Of a stretch of DNA of 64,000 bases, positions 58,821-64,000 are shown piece after piece. Origin of the DNA: an uncultured Gammaproteobacteria bacterium (GTDB taxonomy: Bacteria > Pseudomonadota > Gammaproteobacteria > GCA-002705445 > GCA-002716945). The notes beneath the pieces were generated by a model. The model had not been told where the DNA came from. It did no database searches and saw only the letters and a program-made list of their open reading frames with translations. The stretch lies in contig CACEHM010000005.1 in NCBI GenBank assembly GCA_902559355.1, forward strand, positions 11,755-75,754, read 5' to 3'. The first letter of the stretch is position 1. Each line of letters starts with the position of its first letter. The position numbers and the translations under genes are program-made.

Positions 58821-59650
58821 TAAATTCTCTCATACGATCTTATTCTATAAAGTTTTCTCATAGCCTTACCATCTTCAAATGAGTTTCTTCCATGCAGTAT
58901 ATTGTTACTAACTATTCCTTCATTTTTTGAGAGTTTATACGTTAAGCAGTACTTTTTACAATCTTCTTTGATAATTTTTTTCATTCTCATGATAGCTGTT
59001 TTAGATTGCTCATTTAGTTTCATATTTTTCTCTCTCATAGAGAATTTCATGTGAAATTTTTTATATTCATTATTATTATCGCAAATATATCCTTTTGTTT
59101 CGGCTCTATTGGCATGCGTATTTCCTGGTATAGTAAAGGCATCTAAACTTGAGAGTGACTCCAAATTGTCATATTTTATTATGTATTCTCTGATAGCAAG
59201 TTCATGGTCTAAAAGATAGTTTTCTCCTCCAGAGTAAGCAGGTTCTTCGCAGTGCAGTAGCCAAGAAAATATTGGCTTCTCATCATAATATCCATCTGTA
59301 TGCCAATTAAGTTTTTTATTAGTATATGGAATGTAATTTAAGGTATTCTTTGTTTCAAGAGACATTATCAAGCTTATTGGACTATTATGTATATTATTAG
59401 TGTCGTATGTTTCCATACCAATAGACTGTGCGAAATTCATTAAATCAGCTTGGGCATTTAAACTTACCCTAGACTGATAAATACAACAATTGAATCTTTT
59501 AATTATATCTTTGATATTAGATATTTCCGCCAAAGTAGCATGGTTAATATCATGGATTTTGACTATCAAATCATCAATATTTAAAGGGATATTGTCTTCT
59601 TTTTCCAGAGCCCATTGCTTGAATTCATTGGATTTTGAGGTAAATTTCAT
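58820..59650 (-). CDS. TauD/TfdA (clavaminate synthase-like) Fe(II)/2OG dioxygenase
   Basis: YIPYT..LNWHTDGYY, LHC..GGEN, NNILHGR..F, R.LYR. Confidence 0.83.
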   Translation of the reverse strand: MKFTSKSNEFKQWALEKEDNIPLNIDDLIVKIHDINHATLAEISNIKDIIKRFNCCIYQSRVSLNAQADLMNFAQSIGMETYDTNNIHNSPISLIMSLETKNTLNYIPYTNKKLNWHTDGYYDEKPIFSWLLHCEEPAYSGGENYLLDHELAIREYIIKYDNLESLSSLDAFTIPGNTHANRAETKGYICDNNNEYKKFHMKFSMREKNMKLNEQSKTAIMRMKKIIKEDCKKYCLTYKLSKNEGIVSNNILHGRNSFEDGKAMRKLYRIRSYERI

Positions 59651-59721
59651 ATTTCTTTATAATGTTTCAACCTTGTTAATTTTAGCACTTGTTTTTTGTT
59701 ATATAAGCGTGCAATATTAAC

Positions 59722-59743
59722 TTTCTAATAGACATATTAGAAA
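59722..59743. promoter_or_regulatory. inverted repeat in the divergent dsrA/tauD-like promoter
   Basis: TTTCTAATA-GACA-TATTAGAAA. Confidence 0.5.
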
Positions 59744-59806
59744 ACAATGATAAGATAATATACAACGTAAACCAACGTTTTTTCTTGGGAGAAATTGGGA
59801 GAAAGT

Positions 59807-61060
59807 ATGAAAAAACATGATACCCCTATGATTGATGAGCTTGAGAATGGCCCGTGGCCCAGCTTCATCAGCGGTATAAAAAGGCTCAGAGATACACACC
59901 CTGAGAAAAGAATTAATGAGATGACAAATGACCTTTTGGGTCAACTTGAGCATTCTTATGAGACACGTAAAGGTTATTGGAAAGGAGGCACTGTAAGTGT
60001 CTATGGTTACGGTGGAGGAATTATCCCAAGATTCTCTGAAGTCGGAGATGCATTTCCTAAATCTAAAGAATTTCATACATTAAGAGTCCAGCCTCCTGCT
60101 GGAAACTATTACACAACAGAGTCACTTCGTGATCTAGCAGACTCATGGGAAAAACATGGTTCTGGTCTTGTTACATTCCATGGCCAAACAGGTAACATTA
60201 TGTTTATAGGATCTACATCCGAAAATACACAGCATTTCTTTGATGAAATAAATGAAAAAGGCTGGGATCTAGGCGGCGCTGGCCCTTGTGTTAGAACAGC
60301 AATGTCGTGTGTAGGAGCAGGAAGATGTGAAATGTCTAATGTGAACGAACACAAAGCACATAGATTATTAGTTAATAATTTTATGGACGACATGCATAGA
60401 CCTGCATTGCCATATAAATTCAAATTCAAAGTTTCAGGATGCCCAAATGATTGTATGAACTCCATTGAAAGAGCTGATATGTCAGTCATAGGAACTTGGA
60501 GAGATGATATTAAAGTTGATCAAGAAGAGTTTAAAAAATACGTTGGCCTTAAAGGTCGTAAATACGTAATTGATAACATCGTTACAAGATGTCCAACTAA
60601 TGCAATATCGCTAAATGATGATGACTCAATTGATATTGATAATCAAAACTGTGTTAAGTGTATGCATTGTTTAAATGTTGTACCTAAAGCACTTCATCCC
60701 GGGGATGATAAAGGAGTTACGATCTTAATCGGTGGTAAAAGGACACTTAAAATCGGTGATTTAATGGGTACTGTAATTGTTCCGTTTATGAAATTAGAAA
60801 CAGAAGAAGATTGGGAAAGACTCGTTGAAATTGGGGAAGAGACAATCGATTTCTGGGCAGACAATGCACTTGAGCATGAAAGATGTGGAGAGATGATTGA
60901 AAGAATCGGACTTGTAAACTTCCTTGAGGGAGTTGGCTTCGACGTAGATCCAAATATGGTTGCAAACCCGAGAGAGAGTTCATATGTAAGAACAGATGAT
61001 TGGGATGATGAAGCAGTAAAATGGTATGAAAAAGCCGATGAGAAAAAGGATTCAGCATAA
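59807..61060 (+). CDS. dsrA: dissimilatory sulfite reductase alpha subunit, oxidative (reverse) type
   Basis: TPMIDELENGPWPSF, WKGG, HTLRVQPP, CVGAGRC, KFKFKVSGCPNDC; ATG 59807 (track TTG 59795). Confidence 0.97.
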   Translation: MKKHDTPMIDELENGPWPSFISGIKRLRDTHPEKRINEMTNDLLGQLEHSYETRKGYWKGGTVSVYGYGGGIIPRFSEVGDAFPKSKEFHTLRVQPPAGNYYTTESLRDLADSWEKHGSGLVTFHGQTGNIMFIGSTSENTQHFFDEINEKGWDLGGAGPCVRTAMSCVGAGRCEMSNVNEHKAHRLLVNNFMDDMHRPALPYKFKFKVSGCPNDCMNSIERADMSVIGTWRDDIKVDQEEFKKYVGLKGRKYVIDNIVTRCPTNAISLNDDDSIDIDNQNCVKCMHCLNVVPKALHPGDDKGVTILIGGKRTLKIGDLMGTVIVPFMKLETEEDWERLVEIGEETIDFWADNALEHERCGEMIERIGLVNFLEGVGFDVDPNMVANPRESSYVRTDDWDDEAVKWYEKADEKKDSA

Positions 61061-62145
61061 TGGGCGAGAAAGCAAAAAAAGAAATGAGAGCTCCTATTGA
61101 AACAGGAGCACCTGATGGTTTTCAATATATGCATCCAACAATGCGTAAAAATTTTGGTCAATGGAAATATCATGAACATCCAAGACCAGGTGTATTAGTA
61201 CATTACGCAAATAGTGGTGAAGAAATTTGGACTGTTAGAGCAGGAACACAAAGAATTCTTGATGTATTCACACTAAGAACATTATGTGACATTGGCGATG
61301 AATATGCTGATGGTTATGTAAGATTCACTATACGAAGTAACATCGAATACATGGTAAAAGATAAAGCGAAAGTTGAACCACTCATTGCGGCTATTGAAAA
61401 AGAGGGCTTCATTGTAGGTGGTACGAAAAACTCTGTTGCAATGATTTCCCATACACAAGGGTGGTTACATTGTGATATTCCAGGAACAGACGCTTCTGGT
61501 GTTGTAAAAGCCATGATGGATGAACTTATCGATGAATTTAGAAATAATGAAATGCCAAATAGAGTGCACTTAACAACCTCTTGCTGTCAAATCAACTGTG
61601 GAGGTCAAGGTGACATTGCCATAAATATTCAGCACACCAAGCCTCCTAAAATTAATCACGACCTAGTATCAAATGTATGTGAACGCCCATCAGTAGTTGC
61701 AAGATGTCCTGTAGCAGCAATTAGGCCGGCAATGGTTAATGGAAAGCCTTCATTAGAAGTGGATGAAAAAAAATGTATATGCTGTGGAGCGTGTTTTCCG
61801 CCATGTCCACCAATGCAAATCAATGATCCAGAACACAGTAAGCTTGCGATATGGGTAGGTGGAAATCACTCAAATGCTAGAAGTAAACCATCATTCCAGA
61901 AACTAGTAGCTGCTGGAATACCTAATAATCCTCCAAGATGGCCAGAAGCAACTGCAATTGTAAAAAGAATCTTATCTGCATATAAAGAAGATGCTAGAGA
62001 TTGGGAAAGAATAAATGATTGGATCGAGAGAATTGGTTGGCCAAGATTCTTTGAATTAACTGAGCTTCCATTCACCAAGTATCATATTGATAATTGGCGT
62101 GGTGGTAGAAAAACTCTTAACTCATCAGCATACGTTAGATTTTAA
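61060..62145 (+). CDS. dsrB: dissimilatory sulfite reductase beta subunit
   Basis: WKYHEHPRPG, HTQGWLHC, CCQINCG, CICCGAC, PNNPPRWPE. Confidence 0.97.
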   Translation: MGEKAKKEMRAPIETGAPDGFQYMHPTMRKNFGQWKYHEHPRPGVLVHYANSGEEIWTVRAGTQRILDVFTLRTLCDIGDEYADGYVRFTIRSNIEYMVKDKAKVEPLIAAIEKEGFIVGGTKNSVAMISHTQGWLHCDIPGTDASGVVKAMMDELIDEFRNNEMPNRVHLTTSCCQINCGGQGDIAINIQHTKPPKINHDLVSNVCERPSVVARCPVAAIRPAMVNGKPSLEVDEKKCICCGACFPPCPPMQINDPEHSKLAIWVGGNHSNARSKPSFQKLVAAGIPNNPPRWPEATAIVKRILSAYKEDARDWERINDWIERIGWPRFFELTELPFTKYHIDNWRGGRKTLNSSAYVRF

Positions 62146-62157
62146 TATCTATTCGAT

Positions 62158-62550
62158 ATGAAGTTTGGAGTTTTAATCAACGAAGGCCCATATCAGCATC
62201 AAGCATCTGATTCTGCATATAAATTTATTGAAGCTGCAATAGAAGAAGGGCACGAAATATATCGTGTTTTTTTCTATCATGATGGTGTTAATAACGGAAC
62301 CCGACTAGCAACACCACCACAAGATGATCGCCACATTCCAAACAGATGGAGTGAATTAGCAGAAAAACATGATTTAGATTTAGTATTATGTGTCGCTGCC
62401 GCTCAAAGACGTGGAATGGTTGATGAAGGTGAGATGGAACGTAATAAAAAAGATGCAAACAATATCGCTGATAAATTTAGAATTTCAGGTCTCGGTCAGC
62501 TCATAGAAGCTGGAATACAAGCAGATCGTATGATTACATTTGGGGATTAG
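62158..62550 (+). CDS. dsrE: sulfurtransferase DsrE
   Basis: FFYHDGV, CVAAAQRRG (active Cys), SGLGQL. Confidence 0.95.
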   Translation: MKFGVLINEGPYQHQASDSAYKFIEAAIEEGHEIYRVFFYHDGVNNGTRLATPPQDDRHIPNRWSELAEKHDLDLVLCVAAAQRRGMVDEGEMERNKKDANNIADKFRISGLGQLIEAGIQADRMITFGD

Positions 62551-62938
62551 AGTGGAAGAGCAAGAACTAGAATCAGGCAAAATTAGAAAATTCATTTATG
62601 TGAATAGAAAAGCACCTCATGGAACAATCTATGCACATGAAGCTTTAGAAGTCGTATTAATAGCTGCAGCTTTTGAGCAAGATGTCTCTTTGGCGTTTAT
62701 AGATGATGGAGTATATCAGCTAAAAAAAGGTCAAAATACGGATGGTATTGCTACTAAAAACTTTAGTAAAACTTTTGGAGCTTTAGACATGTATGATGTA
62801 GAAAAATTATATGTTGAAAAAGAATCATTAGATGCAAGAGGTTTAAGTGAAGAGGACTTATCTGTAGATGTTGAGATATTGCCTGCATTAGATTTAAAAA
62901 AACTATTCAACGAATCTGAGGTGTTTTTTAATTTCTAA
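62540..62938 (+). CDS. dsrF: DsrF
   Basis: APHGT..A.EALE, FIDDGVYQL; start may be GTG 62552. Confidence 0.93.
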   Translation: MGIRVEEQELESGKIRKFIYVNRKAPHGTIYAHEALEVVLIAAAFEQDVSLAFIDDGVYQLKKGQNTDGIATKNFSKTFGALDMYDVEKLYVEKESLDARGLSEEDLSVDVEILPALDLKKLFNESEVFFNF

Positions 62939-63240
62939 TGTTACATACAATTAATAAATCACCATTTGAAAAAGATAGCTTAAGCACATGTCTTCGTTAT
63001 GCAGATAAAGGAGCATCTGTACTTTTTATAGAAGATGCTGTTTATGCTTGTACTAAAGGTACTCAGTTCGAAAAAGCGATTCATGATAACCATGGAGATA
63101 TAAAGTTTTATGTTCTTGGCCCTGATTTAGAAGCAAGAGGACTTGATAATTCTAATCTTACTACTAATATAGAAATAGTAGATTATAAAGGTTTCGTTAA
63201 ACTAGTAGCGGATAATGAAAAAACACAAAATTGGCTTTAA
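62938..63240 (+). CDS. dsrH: DsrH
   Basis: MLHTINKSP, EDAVY, DLEARG, VDY.GFV.L. Confidence 0.94.
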   Translation: MLHTINKSPFEKDSLSTCLRYADKGASVLFIEDAVYACTKGTQFEKAIHDNHGDIKFYVLGPDLEARGLDNSNLTTNIEIVDYKGFVKLVADNEKTQNWL

Positions 63241-63259
63241 TCTTAATTAGGAGAAGAAA

Positions 63260-63592
63260 ATGGCATTAGAAGTAAATGGCAAACAAATAGAAGTAGATGA
63301 AGAGGGATATCTTTCTAATCTGAATGATTGGGAAAAAGATATTGCTACAATCATGGCGAAGGAAGATGATATTGAGCTTGGTGATGATCACTGGGAAATA
63401 ATTAACTTCTTACGCGAATACTACGAAGAATACCAAATAGCACCTGCAGTAAGAGTTCTTACTAAAGCTGTTGGTAAAAAACTTGGCAAAGACAAAGGAA
63501 ATAGTAAATATTTATACGAACTTTTTCCATATGGCCCCGGTAAACAAGCATGTAAATTTGCAGGTCTACCAAAACCAACTGGTTGCGTATAA
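63260..63592 (+). CDS. dsrC: DsrC sulfur carrier
   Basis: LFPYGPGKQACKFAGLPKPTGCV with both conserved Cys. Confidence 0.97.
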   Translation: MALEVNGKQIEVDEEGYLSNLNDWEKDIATIMAKEDDIELGDDHWEIINFLREYYEEYQIAPAVRVLTKAVGKKLGKDKGNSKYLYELFPYGPGKQACKFAGLPKPTGCV

Positions 63593-63619
63593 AAACAATC
63601 AAAAGGTCAGGGATAGCCA

Positions 63620-64000
63620 ATGTCATTTGTAACTATATTGTATGCAGCGTTGTTCTACTTCGCTGCAGCAATATTGTTCATAGGGCTTGCATACAGAATA
63701 TATGAATACGCAACAATTCCTGCGCCACTAAAAATACCTACCCCACCAGCACCCATGACACAAAGAGGTGTCGCCGTAAGAATTTTTCGTGAAGTTGTTT
63801 TTTTTGAAAGCCTTTTTTCTGCAACCAAGTGGACCTGGTTGTTCAGTTGGATTTTTCATTTAGCACTTCTACTCGCAGCTTTTAGACATTTAAAATATTT
63901 TACTGACCCTGTTTGGTCTTGGGTATCATCTGAATTAGTACAGGTATCAGGCCACTATGCAGTATATTTAATGTTAGCAGGTTTATTAGGACTGTTTGCT
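63620..64000 (+). CDS. dsrM: DsrM membrane cytochrome b subunit, N-terminal part (truncated by window end)
   Basis: Manual translation MSFVTILYAALFY...PAPLKIPTPPAP...EVVFFESLF...WIFH; follows dsrC. Confidence 0.9.
   Translation, partial: MSFVTILYAALFYFAAAILFIGLAYRIYEYATIPAPLKIPTPPAPMTQRGVAVRIFREVVFFESLFSATKWTWLFSWIFHLALLLAAFRHLKYFTDPVWSWVSSELVQVSGHYAVYLMLAGLLGLFA

Noticed and set aside
54000-60000. CRISPR array or further cas genes around the Cas6-like gene
   Set aside because: Intergenic gaps are under 160 bp with no repeat-spacer periodicity; neighbouring ORFs are recognisable non-Cas proteins or small unknowns
3973-62078. Many 60-160 aa antisense or alternate-frame ORFs in the track (e.g. 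22197..22601, 45167..45595, 60694..61179)
   Set aside because: Shadow ORFs overlapping well-supported genes, with no recognisable motifs

Overview
AT-rich, gene-dense bacterial DNA. Gene content and order (ctpA/arsR-rhodanese-secB-gpsA, glnA-ntrBC, gmhB-plsC, oxidative-type dsrABEFHCM) point to a streamlined marine gammaproteobacterium (inference). The left end holds the tail of a retinal-biosynthesis operon (crtI'-crtB-crtY-blh; a rhodopsin gene is not in the window). The right end holds the start of a reverse dissimilatory sulfite reductase operon (dsrABEFHCM'). Divergent from dsr is an accessory cluster with a TauD-like dioxygenase, an orphan Cas6/Cmx6-like RAMP protein (no CRISPR array or other cas gene seen), a Cys-less DsrC paralog, an Alvin_2107-like protein, a TrpD/YbiB-like protein, a 2OG-Fe(II) oxygenase and a Rieske ferredoxin. 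In between are housekeeping genes, one tRNA-Thr(CGT), an alpha2-type GlyRS at the usual glyQ-glyS locus and a ~3 kb island of unknown genes (HA domain, paralog pair, structured RNA, DUF2130). There is also a Mo-enzyme/GltD-like/DUF1326 divergon, a passenger-less inverse autotransporter, and a Fur-boxed TonB locus with a CruR-like RAPP uORF before an OprC-like copper receptor. A recurring palindrome ATATTAG-N6-CTAATAT in four intergenic regions suggests a persulfide-sensing ArsR regulon linking several of these loci. All calls are from manual motif recognition; no database searches were run.
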